The notes beneath the pieces are model-generated. The model saw only the letters and a program-made list of their open reading frames with translations. It was not told where the DNA came from and searched no databases. A stretch of 64,000 bases of DNA from Azolla caroliniana (Eukaryota; Plantae; Polypodiophyta), in NCBI GenBank assembly GCA_043228905.1, contig JBHGNT010000004.1:23126001-23190000 (forward strand). Direction: 5' to 3'. Shown one piece after another: positions 27,001 through 39,102 of the stretch (the stretch's first letter is position 1; every line of letters starts with the position of its first letter). The position numbers and the translations under genes are program-made.

Positions 27001-29215
27001 TTTCTCTTGGTGCTGATGTCGGGTGTGATGCGGCTGCTTGTTTGCCATACTGGCAATGCTCGCAGAATTGATGGTCGGAGAAGGAGAGTTTAGGGATGTA
27101 TCCGGCTCTAGATAGATGCGTAATGCCAGCCTTGCTGAGGTGTCCTAATCTTCTGTGCCATAGTGATGACACAGGAATATCCACCAAAAACAGGTTACCC
27201 TCTCTGAGCGTAACATGTAACGGATACAGTGAGTGTATCTTGGGTCCTCTAGCAAGCAGGAGGTTCCCCCTGTGGAGTGTCCACCCTCCCGAAGAAAAAC
27301 CGGCACGAATGCCGTCTTCATCTAGTTGTCCGACTGAGATCAATGGCCTTGAGAGCTCGGGTACATGTCGGACATTGTGGAGTACAAGTGTAGAGCCACC
27401 TGCAAGGTTGAGCTCTACTGTGCCGATTCCAATGATGTCACAGCGTTGCGAGTTGCCGACCTGAACTGAGTCGGAGTGACGGATCGTATATTGCCGAAAT
27501 TGGGATCGATGAGGAGTCACGTGAAATGACGCGCCCGAATCTAAGAGCCATGTGCTCGACTCTTCAGTCGTGAGTAGGACTTCTGATCCGACTGGATTTT
27601 CGATTGATAGTATATTCGGGTCGTCTGGTAGCACATCAGCTGAGAAGCTGACGTAATTGATCTCCTCATGCCGGCCACTCTTCTTGTTGTTCTTGTTCTT
27701 GAGTGCGCGGCAGTCGGCTTTGATGTGTCCGGGTTTCTTGCAATAGTTGCAGATTCGGTTATCCCGTGACTGGCTCCGTCTTCGTTGATTGTTCGGCGGT
27801 CGTGAGGAATCTCTTCCTCGTATGTTCGATCGGTCTGTCGAACCTTGTACTACATAAGCGTCGTCTGTTGAGTCTTTGGTGAAAGACTTTCTCCGAGCTG
27901 CTTCGGTCAGGATTGCGCTCGTGACTTCGGAGTACTTAACAGCCGTGGTTGACGCGTTGCACACGGTTGTGACGAAAGTTTCCCATGATGAGGGAAGGCT
28001 ACTCATGAGTATCATTGCTCTGAGTTCATCCTCGATTGCCGTCCCCTGTGACGAGATTTGGGAGCTTATGCTTTCGTACTCATTGAGGTGTGCTTGAACC
28101 GAATCAGATTCTTTCATCCGCAAGTTGTAGAGGCGCCGGATTAGAAACATCTTTGTTGCGGCGACCTTCTTTTCGTAAGTGTCCGACAGTGTTTTCCACA
28201 GTTCGAATGCTGTCGTACACGATTGCACCGTAAAGTATACCGATTCCGATAGGTGCATCCGAATCGTGGCGCGGACGATTCTGTCCAGCTTCTGCCACTC
28301 AATTGGTTTGTATCCTTCTGGAGGTTCTTCATTTTCGATGGGATCGATTTGCCCCTTGACTATGAGATAGTCCTGCATTTGTTCCTTCCAGAAGTTGAAG
28401 TTCGATCCATCGAACTTTCGTAGACTCATTTCTGACGAGCCGGATGTTGATGCCATCAAATTTGGTTTCGGTTGACGAAGCTCGGTTCGGAGTTGACTAC
28501 GAGCCTTGTTGGAGTGCAGCCGGTTGGCTCACCCGATATCGCTCTAGTCGGATTTGAACCCGAGTCGGTTCGGCTTCGGAACTTGCTCGAATTGACTCCG
28601 GTCGCTTGAGGGACAGAACCGACTGGTCTTCCTGAATGTTGCCGAGTCGGAGTGAGCCCGGTTCGCTTCGGATATATATGCCGAATACCGATTATTGAAA
28701 CCGATTCTGCTTCGGGTGGCTGCAGCGACGAGAGAGACAGATCCAACTGATCCTCCCGAATGTCGATCAGCCGGATGAAGCGCGAATTGGGGTTGTTGTC
28801 TTGAGACCGATCTGTACCAAGTGGTTACAACGAGCGGCGAGCAGCGTTTAATGACCTTTTCGGATGCTGTTTAACCGAGTGGAGCACGATCGTGTCAATG
28901 TTGCACAAGGGGATTTCACCTCGAGTGGTTACGATCACAAGGAACAGAGTACAACCGGCTGGCTTACTCCAAGCGAAAATGATCTAACGCGATGAGATGC
29001 AAGCCTCGTTTCTCTTCTTCTTCTCTGTTCTTCGAATGACGCAGGAAACCGAATGCTGTGCAGGCTGAGACGACGGCCGACAGCGGATTGAAGGACCGAC
29101 TACTGTGCAGGCTCTGATACCAGATGTTGGGAGACAAGGGGCCGTCAGTGCGGAAGATCAAGGAGCATTCGATTGCTGTTGAGTATACCTGCGTATGACA
29201 GATTGTAGGTCGTTG

Positions 29216-29265
<50 letters not shown>

Positions 29266-29436
29266 CACAAAAGACTTTCTTATTCAACAAAGCAATAATA
29301 CAACACCCAACCTTACAAGAGGGTTACAAGGTCAATATATATAGTGACCGACTTAGGGCAACTACCCTTTATGCTAATTACACAAATGGCCCAAAGGGAT
29401 AGTGTGAATATGTCCATTATACACTTGTATTCGACA
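23944..29436 (-). mobile_element. Copia-C, intact full-length element (Tnt1/Tork-like)
   Basis: LTRs 23944-24249 and 29125-29436 (2 substitutions plus an (AG)n length difference). TSD GGGAA, PBS TGGTATCAGAGC (29122-29111), PPT GGGGGAG (24256-24250). Confidence 0.98.
24443..28456 (-). CDS. Copia Gag-Pol polyprotein (~1337 aa), uninterrupted
   Basis: CNYCKKPGHIKADC, LLDSGASFH, WHRRLGH..CEHC, integrase D-D-E, RT YVDDM, RNase H YTDSDFAG. No stops. Confidence 0.97.
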   Translation of the reverse strand: MASTSGSSEMSLRKFDGSNFNFWKEQMQDYLIVKGQIDPIENEEPPEGYKPIEWQKLDRIVRATIRMHLSESVYFTVQSCTTAFELWKTLSDTYEKKVAATKMFLIRRLYNLRMKESDSVQAHLNEYESISSQISSQGTAIEDELRAMILMSSLPSSWETFVTTVCNASTTAVKYSEVTSAILTEAARRKSFTKDSTDDAYVVQGSTDRSNIRGRDSSRPPNNQRRRSQSRDNRICNYCKKPGHIKADCRALKNKNNKKSGRHEEINYVSFSADVLPDDPNILSIENPVGSEVLLTTEESSTWLLDSGASFHVTPHRSQFRQYTIRHSDSVQVGNSQRCDIIGIGTVELNLAGGSTLVLHNVRHVPELSRPLISVGQLDEDGIRAGFSSGGWTLHRGNLLLARGPKIHSLYPLHVTLREGNLFLVDIPVSSLWHRRLGHLSKAGITHLSRAGYIPKLSFSDHQFCEHCQYGKQAAASHPTSAPRETRPLDLVHSDVCGPMPHQSLGGASYFVTFIDDSTRKVWAYPIRTKDRVFSIFSDWLAMVENQTDRKLKCFRTDNGGEFKSDEFVKFCRQRGIRREFTAPHSPEQNGIAERMNRTIQERIVSMLQHSGLSDGFWAEALLTAVHIINMSPSRPLGLQIPQELWIGSKPNYDKLRIFGCEAYALIPKDDRRKLAPRSRKCIFLGYGSDGEMGYRLWDPERRQIVRSSDVVFNESAMNPSVEKPIEVRRVTFSDVPTLQEGPALNTRSASRVAEPYTTDSDNSDSAQQNNPLSDHPTTIPDATSPIIPRRSERLLQPPERYSPGIFFTDAGEPTSYEEASTSVDSATWHLAMESEMHSIRANKTWDLVELPRNRRALPCKWVYRLKETSDSTTPKYKARLVAKGFRQEYGVDFDEIFSPVVKMTTLRFLLGVVAADNLELIQLDVKTAFLHGDLEEEIYMEQPKGFVATGQEHLVCRLRKSLYGLKQAPRQWYKKFDDFIQSIGFSKSDEDHCLFTNTAQDGSPIFLIIYVDDMLISGRHAGELADLIRQLRLKFAMKDLGPARHILGMKISRHRDKRHLFLSQTDYIRRVLERFNMQSAKSASTPLPMNLRLSQRDCPTSGPEGEDMKSVPYAPAVGSLMYLMVATRPDISHAVGVVSRFMHNPGRSHWNAVKHVFRYLAGTKDHGILFGPNRTSGVVGYTDSDFAGCIDSRKSTTGYCFKFGNGAISWKSKLQECTATSTTEAEYVAASDAAKEALWLSRLAHTFRQVDHDSAPVVYSDSQGAVALSKNPVHHNASKHIDVRYHFVRDCVISGKIGLEKISTTDNVADGMTKCLSADCFRFLRHQMGVTTNQSG

Positions 29437-30260
29437 GGGAAAGCCGGAGCGGCCGGGCTCTCATAACGGTACAAGACCCGATTCGGGCAACGACGGAACG
29501 ATGCCGGCGGGTCCAGCTCGCAAGATAACCCCAGGAAGGGCGGATACCGACTGGGGACGGAAATAGAAAGGACTACGGACCTACGAAAGGTCCTAGAAGA
29601 ACGGATCCTCGACAGCAAAGTGGAGCTGTCATTGCGAGAGGTGTTAGGGATCGCCAAGAAGGAGTTCCACGACTCCATTGTAGACCTGGTGAAACGGAAG
29701 AGGCTGTCGACGGAGACAGAACCAGAAAGACCGGTGGAGGTGCGGACGACGCACATCGACGACATGGCGCTGGAAGATGAGTGGGCGGAGAGCCACTATT
29801 CAAGGCCGCACTGGGCCCGAGCAACCACGGAGACCCCGGTGAAGATCGGAGATGTTCAGGAACCGGTGGTGGCATTGGTGGACAATGGTTCGGAAATAAA
29901 CCTGATGTCAATGGACTTCTATAAGAAGGGAAAGTGGCCGATCAACACCAAGCACGGGTGGAAGATACGGGCGGCGACGCGCGCCACCGAGGAGCTGCAC
30001 GGGGCCTGCCCGAACGTGCGAGTCAAGATCGGTGACGTCGAGATTGACCAGCACTTCTTCGTACAGGAGACGTCCTCGCATCCGGTCATATTAGGGGAAC
30101 CATACATCACAGCGGCACGAATGGAGACCAGAGTGCTGGACAACGGTTCGGCCTACGCGAGGGTCAAGAGCCAGGACGGACGCCATTCGGTCCAATTTTT
30201 GACGGTGCGACCGAACCACGAGCGAAACTGCGAATCCCTCGGTGGCGAGAACCGGGAGGA

Positions 30261-33200
30261 TTTTTAGAGAGGGCTGCCAAGGCGTGGGGCCGAGACAGTC
30301 CGGACACTCGGGAAAGACCCCACGATTGTACGATAGGTAGGAAAATTTGCTTCTCCAACAACGGAGGGTGTATGCTAGTCGGCATCGTTGGCTGGGAAAA
30401 GGCAAGGGCGGAAGTGCAACTTCGATCGCGCGGAGTTCTCGGCCCGGACGAGGAAATCAGGGGAGCCGTGGAGGCGGTCTCCTTCGACGACACCTTGGGA
30501 ATGCTGAGGAAAGTAGCCGAAGAAGGCCTTAACGAAGACCGGACGATACCGGTATGTTCAGAAGAGATGTACGAAGTCATCGTGAACTTCAGTCGGGGGC
30601 TCGGGTCGGATCGGACGGCCCGAGTTAGCACGAAGTACAAGACTGTGGACCGGAAGGTAAGGCCAGTCGCGGCACCCTTGCCGGAGGGCAGCGAGTCCCG
30701 AATCAGAGGGGTGGCGTCAGACCCCAGTTTACGAGATTCGGCCTGCATAGGACACACCTTCACCGACGGGACGCTCCGGGAGCTCAAGATCGGTGGGGGC
30801 GGGTTCCTACTACCGGCGGAGGAAGACCGGTTTCGGAGAATGCTCGGAAGGCACGGGAAAGCCTTCACATTCTCGCCGGAAGAGATCGGGTGCGTAGACC
30901 CGACAATCGTGGAGCCGATGGTGATATTCACGGTACCGCATGTGCCGTGGAATCTCAAGCCGATTCCGGTACCAAGAGCTCACATCCCGGAGTTGATGGA
31001 GCTACTGAGGCAGAAAGTCGATATGGGTATTCTCGAACCGTCGAGTGCGCCATACTCGAACCGATGGTTTACCGTACCAAAGAAAAACGGAACATTGCGC
31101 TTCATTCAGGACCTGCAACCGGTCAACAGAGTGACCATTCGGAACGCAGGAATCGGACCGACCATAGACGAGTTCGCGGAGGCCTTCGCCGGAAGGTCGA
31201 TTTACTCGGTCGGTGATCTATACTCGGGGTACGACCAGTTCCAGCTAGCCGTGGAGAGCAGAGACATTACGACGATGCGAACTCCCCTCGGCCTAGTGCG
31301 AATGTGTACCCTGCCACAAGGAGGGACCAACTCGGTGGCCCACATGGTGAATGCAATGAACAAGATATTGAGGGATTGCATCCCGGACATCACCATGCCA
31401 TTTCTAGACGACATTCCGATCAAGGGGTGCCCGGTAGAAGAGAGGGACGCAACACTCGGATCGGACGGATGCCGGCGATTCGTGGCAACACACATCGACG
31501 ACTGCGAGAAGGTGCTACAAAGGCTAGAGGATGCGAGGCTCACCTTCTCCGGGGAGAAATCGGCCTTCGGGCAATCGGAAATCCTGGTGGTCGGACACCT
31601 ATGTGGACCATATGGCCGGAAGCCGTCTCCGGCAAAGGTAGAAGCCATCGCCGCGATGAAGACCGACTGTAGCTCGGTTACGGAAGTTCGGAGGTTCCTG
31701 GGGGCATGCGCATTCTACCACATATGGATCCCGCATTACGCCCACGTTGCGGAGCCGCTATACGGGTTGCTGAAGAAAGGGCGAAAATTCGAGTGGCGAG
31801 ACGAGCACACGGAGTCAGTCCGGAAGCTGAAGGAAGCTCTTGCGGCAGCACCGGCGCTCCGGAAAGCTGTCTACGGGAAGGGTACCCCGGTATACATAAC
31901 AGTGGATACGAGTCCGACCGGGATCGGATGGGTCGTCAACCAAGAGGACAAGAACGGCATTCGGTTCCCGATCCGATTCGGCGCGAAGGTTCTCAGTGAA
32001 TGACAGCGAGGGTACGCCCAGGTTAAACGCGAACTCTGGGGTATCGTTTCGGCAGTAAAGGCCGACAAAGACTACCTGATCGGGACAGAAGTGGTTATCG
32101 AGACGGATTTCCTGCCGATTCTCGGCATGGTTTCCGGATGCGCGACATCGGACCTGGCGATGCTCCGGTGGATAGCGTACATCAAGTCCCTGGGCCCGGA
32201 AATACGGCACATTTCCGGAAAGGACAACGCCATGGCCGACATGCTTTCGAGGGCGAGGTTTGATGACGAGGGCGGCATGGTTTCGGAGGACGAAGAAGTC
32301 GGCGTGGACTTCTTTGAGGTGGCGTACGTAACGACCGATGGGACGAGCACTCCGGCACTTAACGACTTCGACGAGAGCAGGTACGATGGCGAGTGGCTCC
32401 AGATCGGGGGATTTTTGAGGACAATGACGCCGGATGCGTCATGGACGAAGGACGAGGCCAACCGGATCCGGAAGAAAGCTTACCGATTCTTTCTCCGGGA
32501 CGGATACTTATGGAAGCACCCGAAGAAGAGGAATGGCGTCCCGCTCTGGGTGGTGGCGATGAAGGAAGAACAGGAGGAGCTGTTGACGGCCTACCACGAC
32601 AGCCCTTGGGCTGGACACCGTGGAACGTGGGCCACGTTTGAGAAGATAAAGGGGAAGTACTGGTGGCTGGGACTGTACCGGGATGTGCATCGGTTCGTGA
32701 CGACTTGCGAGAGCTGTCAGATGCACTCCGTAATCCGACATCGGGACGAGCTTCACCCTACGTACCCTCCGACCATCCACTTCAAATGGATGGTAGACCT
32801 GGTGACGATGCCGATGGGAATAGGACAGATGCGGTATCTGGTCCTCGCTCGGGAAGATCTGACGAACCAGGTAGAAGGCCGGGCCCTTCAGAACAAAACA
32901 ACCTCGGCCGTATGTCGGTTCCTGATTGAGGACGTGATATGCCGGTACGGGTGCGTCGGGAAGATCGTGGCTGATCGCGGGGAGTTGGACTCTGAAGAGG
33001 CCGAGGAGTTGTTCGACCGGCTAGGAGTCAAGCTCTCGCTTACCACTGCGTACAATCCGGAGGGGAATGGAAAGGTGGAGCACGGACACGGACCGATCGT
33101 CAAGGCGTTAGTTCGGGCATGCGGAGGTCAAGTCGGGAACTGGCTGCGGCTGCTGCCTTACGCATTGTGGGCGGACCGAACTACGCACAGTTCGGTAACC

Positions 33201-33731
33201 GGATTCATGCCGGCAGAACTCATGTTTGGGCAGAAGCCGGTCATGCCGATGGAACATACGATCTCCTCGTGGGCAACCGTGGACTGGAGAGACGAGATGA
33301 GCCGGGAGGAACTGCTGGCGGTGCGTATATGACAGCTCGAGCGAAGACCGGAGGACGTGGAGCAGGCTGCGGAAAAGCTTCGGGAAGCAAGGATGAGGAA
33401 CAAAGCCCGGTTCAACCGAACGCACCGGCTTCGACCAAAGAAGATCGAGGAAGGCGACTGGGTGCTAGTCTACGACAGCAGCCTTGACAACCAGCACCGA
33501 GCGACACGGAAGTTCGCAAGAAGGTGGTTCGGGCCTTACGTGGTACAAAGCGCCAACGACAACGGGACGTACCATCTGGCGGAACTCGACGGTACGAGAA
33601 TGGTGATACCGGTAGCAGGGATGCGGATCAAAGCGTTCAAGAAGCGTCACGACGACGAGCCGGATCCGGTTGGCCTGGACCGCGACGACGAACGATCCGA
33701 AACCGAGGAAGAACCGACGGGCGGGGAATGA
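30261..33731 (+). pseudogene. Gypsy-B ORF2 (RT-RNase H-integrase), in the -1 frame relative to ORF1
   Basis: RT (DLYSGYDQ, LPQGGTNS, PFLDDIPIKG), RNase H (TVDTSPTG), integrase (H..H..CESCQ, VDLV, ADRGE, GKVE). One reading frame throughout, with TGA stops at 32001 and 33330. Confidence 0.93.
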
Positions 33732-36700
33732 AGGCTGGACCGGTTTTCTCCGTCCCAACTCAATTTGGCGCATGCCGGTGGATGCGCGGTTAGGTGGGGG
33801 CGGATGTCGTGAAGAAAACCGTCCACAAGCGGAATCGGTGCACAGGAGCATAGGAACCGGCTCTTCTCGAATGTTGTCCATAGAAGATCCTAGGCAGGTA
33901 GATTTAGTGGGTAGGAAGTAAAGGGGAAACGGCTCCTTCCTGGCCTATAAAAAGGAGGGAGACGAGAAGGGGGAGGGGATCGCGGAGAGTCGAGGACGAA
34001 GTGCTGTCGGTTTGCGTGCGAAGGCTTCTCTCTCTCTCTCTCTGGTTCGCAAACTCCATAGCTTCCTTCTGTGCAGGTTTCGGGAGGCTCACGCTGCTCT
34101 GAGGAATGCCCGAGTGCTTCCGGCAGCACCTCCAACCTGCTCCTGTCTTTCTTTGCGTTTTCGAACAGGCATCGGCATCTGATCGCCGGCCTATTCGGTT
34201 GTAACCGACTTCGTGTTTTTGTTGCTTCCGTGTTCTTGTTGTTGTCTTTGTTAATACATACATACATTCGTGTCTCTTTGTGTCGCTGTCCCACTCGCGT
34301 CTTTGTGTCGAAGGGCCGTGTCCCTGTGAATCTACGCTCGCACGTAGTGGGTCTCTTGTCCTTTCTCTCTTGCTCTTCGGTACAGGACCCCTGAGGTCCC
34401 GCCTCATTCCACGCATCCGCGAGGAAAACCTCGACACCGGTCCGGGCCATGATCTTAGCGAGCACCCACACACACACATAACACTTAAATGCAATGTGGA
34501 GCCTCTGTTGGGAGCACACGACTTCCTACGTGAGCAGAGGCGTCCGACAAAAGAACTCCTGTAGAGGATAAAACAGTGAACAATGCTTGGTTCCCAGTCC
34601 GACAACACTTCATTCTCCTTAATCGCGATCCCTAACTCAGTCCTCTCTTCTTCCTTTTATAGACCAAGGAGAGAGAGGGTGGTTACATGAAGCAGTTAAT
34701 CTCGGATGTTTCAGACAGAGATTCGCCTAGATTTATTCATGTATTTAATTTGTCCTATTAAAGTTTCCTACATCACGTCGACCTAGCCTAGTCCTAGGTT
34801 ATCTAAAAGTATATATATATATAACGATTTGTGTGCATCTGTGCACTCGGCGGTTCACACGCCCTTGGTCTCCGATTCTTCTTGTAGCCAGTTTCCTCAC
34901 GATATCCACTCCCACAACCACACCTCCACCGGTACGTGCTGAGAGAGAGGGAGAGATATGGGGGAGAACCGGCCATTTGTCACTCATCGTCCTCTTATCC
35001 GGCGACCTCCCCATCTTCGTTCGCTCTTTCTGGCCCATCATTCTCATCCTCGTATCGTTTCTTGAATGACTTTATCCGCTTTCCTACAACCGGTATTGCC
35101 ATCCATGTTCCGTCGAGCTCCCCAAGATGGTACGTGGTGTTGTCGTTTGCTCTCGTCACCATGTAGGGCTCGAACCATCTCCTTGTGAATTTCCGTGTTG
35201 CCTTATGCTGGTTGTCGAGGCTGCTGTCGTAAACAAAAACCCAGTCGTCTTCCTCGATCTTCTTCGATCACAACCGGTGTGTCCGGTCGAACCGGTCCTT
35301 GTTCTTCTTCTGCGCAACGTACACTTTCGCCTTTGCCCGTTCCACGTTCTCCGGCCTCCGCTTGAGCTGGAAAATCCGTGCCGCCAATAGCTCCTTTTGG
35401 CTCATTTCGTTCGTCCAGTCAATTGCCGCCCACGAAGAGATCGTCCGCCCCATTGGCATGATCGGCTTCTGCCCATACATAAGCTCTGCTGGCATAAACC
35501 CGGTCACTAAACTGTGCGTGGTTTGGTTCGCCCACAGTGCGTTGTTGGGAATTCGGTCCCTCCGGAGGAATTGGATTGGAGTTTTCGGATGAGAACCGGA
35601 GGAGCCAGATCGGACTACTCGGATTAAGAAGCCAGATTCGGAAGGGTTTTGGATAAGATTCGGAAACCGGAACCAGTGAATCCGGATGGATCCGGTGCGA
35701 ACCAGATCCATGGACATATATTGTAAATATGCTAGAGTAAGCCCACTAATGCTTTATTTGTAAATAGCCTAAAAGTCATATAAGTATAAATACGACTTAG
35801 GGCAATCACCTTACTGTGAGTTGTAGAGGGTTGTTGTTAGTTTTGTCGTACAGAGAGAGAGAGAGAGAGTAGCACGTTCTGTTGTAACCGTTGTCTGGCG
35901 AAGATCGCGAGCACGAGGTCGTTGCCTCTATGTTTCCACTTTGTATTTCCTCTCATAGTGTGATAGTCGGAGTCAGTGGGCTCTCGTGGTTTTTCCCGAT
36001 TAGGGTTTTCCATGTAAACATCATGTGTTTCTCTATCGTTGATTTGTGTATGTGCATTCATCATACCTATTTCCCATTTCTGTGTTTGGTCCTTCATAGA
36101 GTGATTTGAGACTCGGTTGTGGCCAAGCAATACTTCCGCACTAGTTCCTATCAATCTGATATCAAAGCGAACAACACAGGAAATGGAAGAGTCGTTCAAC
36201 AGAATGTTCAAACTCACCGGCTCCAACTACTCAGTGTGGAAGTCGAAGATGAGGGACATGTTGGAGGTTAAAGATCTTTGGTTGCCGGTACAGTTCAAGG
36301 ACAAGAAACCGGATAAGATCGATGTCGTGACATGGGAGGTGATGCACATGAAGATGACGACGTACATCCAGTGCTTCATCGACATGAGCCTATACAACAA
36401 CTTCAATGAAGAAAGTAAGGCTCATGAACTCTGGGAGAAAATCAACATCATGTTCCTGAACAAAAATGTCGTTAATCGGGTTTCGGTATTCCGGAAGTTA
36501 GTGAGGCTCCGGTACCAAGATGGCTCCAGTATGGCGGAGCACATGAATGCCTTCCCGGGGCTAATACACTAAGCCACCTCATTGGAAGTACCTCTTGTAG
36601 ATGAGGTACTCGCATTGCTCCTGCTCGGTTCCCTCTCGGATAGTTGGGAGACGTTAATTGTTACGTTGGGCAACACCGGGCCGGAAGGAAAGCAGTTGTC

Positions 36701-37454
36701 CCTAGCAAGGGTAAAATCAAGCTTGCTAGATGAAGAAGCTCACCGAAAGGACCGGGAGTCCAAAACCGATCCGAAGGCCTTGGTTATGGAAGATGACCAC
36801 AACCGGGGAAGAGGCCGGTATCAGAGTCCCCAAAACGAAGACAAATCGGGGATGAGGTCGAAGTCAAGGGGGAGGCCTACTTGCTTCTACAGTGGGAAGC
36901 CTGGGCACTTCCAGAAGAATTGTCGGCATTTCCGGAAAGAGAAAGGAACTAACAATGCCGATTCGAAGAAGGGTTCGGACCGGATTGGTTCGAATTGGAA
37001 AGGGTCAGATCGGAAGGGAACGTCGGCGATCGCGACAAGTGAAGAAGAACTGATGCTCATTACCGAGGAGAATGAGTTAAACCTTGTTGGCGATAAGAAG
37101 ACGTGAGTTGTCGATTCCAGAGCATCGTTCCATCTGACATCGGACCGGAAATGCTTCTCATCCTACATAGCTGGAGATCACGGTTGTGCCTGGATGGGGA
37201 ATGATTGTACATGCCGAATTCTCGGCATTGGAGATGTGTTGTTGACGACATCAACCGGATGCAATTTGCTGTTGAAAGAACTCTGACACGTTCCGGAGGT
37301 TCGGTTGAACCTGATGTCAGCCGGTCGGCTAGATGATGAAGGCTACCCGGGTAGCATCTAGAACAGAGTGATGAAGTTCAACAAGGGAAGTTTGATCGTG
37401 GCTCGAGCCAGGAATATCAACACGTTGTACCTGATGCATGCCCAGATATGCCGG

Positions 37455-39102
37455 TGTCGTGACGAAAACCGACCATGGGAGGAATCGGGAGGCCAAGCGC
37501 GCGAACCGGTGCCACACGGGTCGTCATTTACATTGATTACCTTTATACCTTATATAAGAATAGGTTGCGTGATAGGGGTTAGCAAATCTAGGCGTATCTC
37601 TGCCCGAAGGGACAGAGAATAAAGGTGATGTTACTAGGATGTAATGGCCCACCCACAACAGCCTATAAAAGGGGGGGAAGAGAGACTAAGAGGGGGGGGG
37701 GGGAGTTGGGAGAAAGGGGAAGGTGTTGTCGAACTGGGGACCGAGCACTGTTTCTGGGTGATCTCTGCAGGTTTTTGGTCGGTTGCCTCTGCTCGCGAGG
37801 AAAGCCCGGGTGCTTTCGGCAAAGGCTCCACTGCACAACTCGGTTGTGTGTTTATGCGTGCATGTGTTTGGTTGGTCACTGGTGTGTCGGTTGTAATATC
37901 AGAAAGATTGTAATCACTTGTTAGTCGTAATCGATTCCTCTTTGGAAGTGGTCTCCTTGTTTTATTGTGACATTCTCTAATCTATTGTTGTCTCCGTAAC
38001 CGAATGGGCACGCTCCTCTGTCTAACTCGCACGTAGTTGTGTTCTCGTCTGACCCGGTGAGCACGGTTCTTGCCGGTAACCAGTACTTGCCAATCCATCG
38101 CTTCCGTTCTCTTCCTTCTCTACTTTCGCGCACTCCTCGGTTCAGGGCCCCTGCGGTCCCGCCTTAGTTTCCTGTGCGCACGCAAAACAACACGACATCT
38201 TTGGTGAACCCGATGTGAAACAAGGCGGTAGAGGAGTGGAATATGAGGGGATCTGAACTCGCCGAAGCCATGGTGGTAGCTGTCGACTGGCTAGTGAACG
38301 CTCGCAAAGGCACATGCGCCCTCGACAGGGCCATCGAATAGATTGTCGGCACAATAGGCCGGTTTGGAGGGAAGAACACTACGAGTTATTTGGAGGCCTA
38401 CCGGGCCTGTTATTCGTCAAGTCTGTGGACGTGCAGGATTGAGAGCAGGTGGGTCTCCTGCTGGAGATGGATGACGGGTTGACGGCTGACTGAGCTGTGG
38501 TACAAAGAGTCTGCAGTCGTTTCGACAAGCGGCACGAGTGGATCGACGAGGGTTCGTCGACAGCGCGACCGGTCACGGCAAGGAAGTTTGAGGAGTCGTT
38601 GCTACCGCGAAAGGAGGAGACCCGAAGTTGGCTTGAGACGGGCTCGGCCCTAACCGGCATATGGTCAAGGGCCAATCTGGAGGAGCGGCTCTGGAAGAGC
38701 TGACACAGATGGTGCATGATCTTCAGATCGAACAGGCCCGGAGAGACAATGGAGAATAGTCGCGCGATCGGAGGCCTCCAGCCAAACAACGGTGCATGTG
38801 GTGAGGCGAAGACCGGGTTTGTGGAAGCGTCGTGCCAGAACTATGAAGTTCTTGTAGAGGACAAGCGTTCGGGAAAGGCCGGAGGGACCGGACGCCCGAA
38901 TCGGTATGAGACTCGGTTTGGAACGAAGGCCGGCTACTGGCTAAGCATGGAGATTGAGAGATTGACGGACTTGCGGAAGGTCCTCAAAGAGCGGATCCTC
39001 GACAACAAGGTGGAGTTGTCGTTGAGAGAAGTGCTCGAAATCGCGAAGAGGGAATTCCACGATTCTATCGTGGATTTGGTAAAGCGTAAACGACTCTCGA
39101 CA
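37455..39102 (+). mobile_element. Gypsy-E: 5' LTR plus internally deleted gag (A/B family)
   Basis: Preceded by CCGG. LTR TGTC..GACA at 37455-38197, tRNA-Trp PBS, gag segments homologous to B with several deletions. The 3' part is lost. Confidence 0.9.

Larger units (their letters stand above)
22643..30267 (+). pseudogene. Gypsy-B ORF1 (Gag + aspartic protease), split by Copia-C
   Basis: Zinc knuckle CMWCDEVGHIRKDC and protease LVDNGSEIN...ILGEPY. The frame is continuous once 23944-29441 is removed, except for a TAA at 29464. Confidence 0.9.
21967..34436 (+). mobile_element. Gypsy-B, full length, interrupted by Copia-C
   Basis: 632-bp LTRs at 21967-22598 and 33805-34436 (about 6 substitutions by eye). 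TSD CCGG/CCGG, PBS at 22603, PPT-like AGGTGGGGGCGGA before the 3' LTR. Confidence 0.97.
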
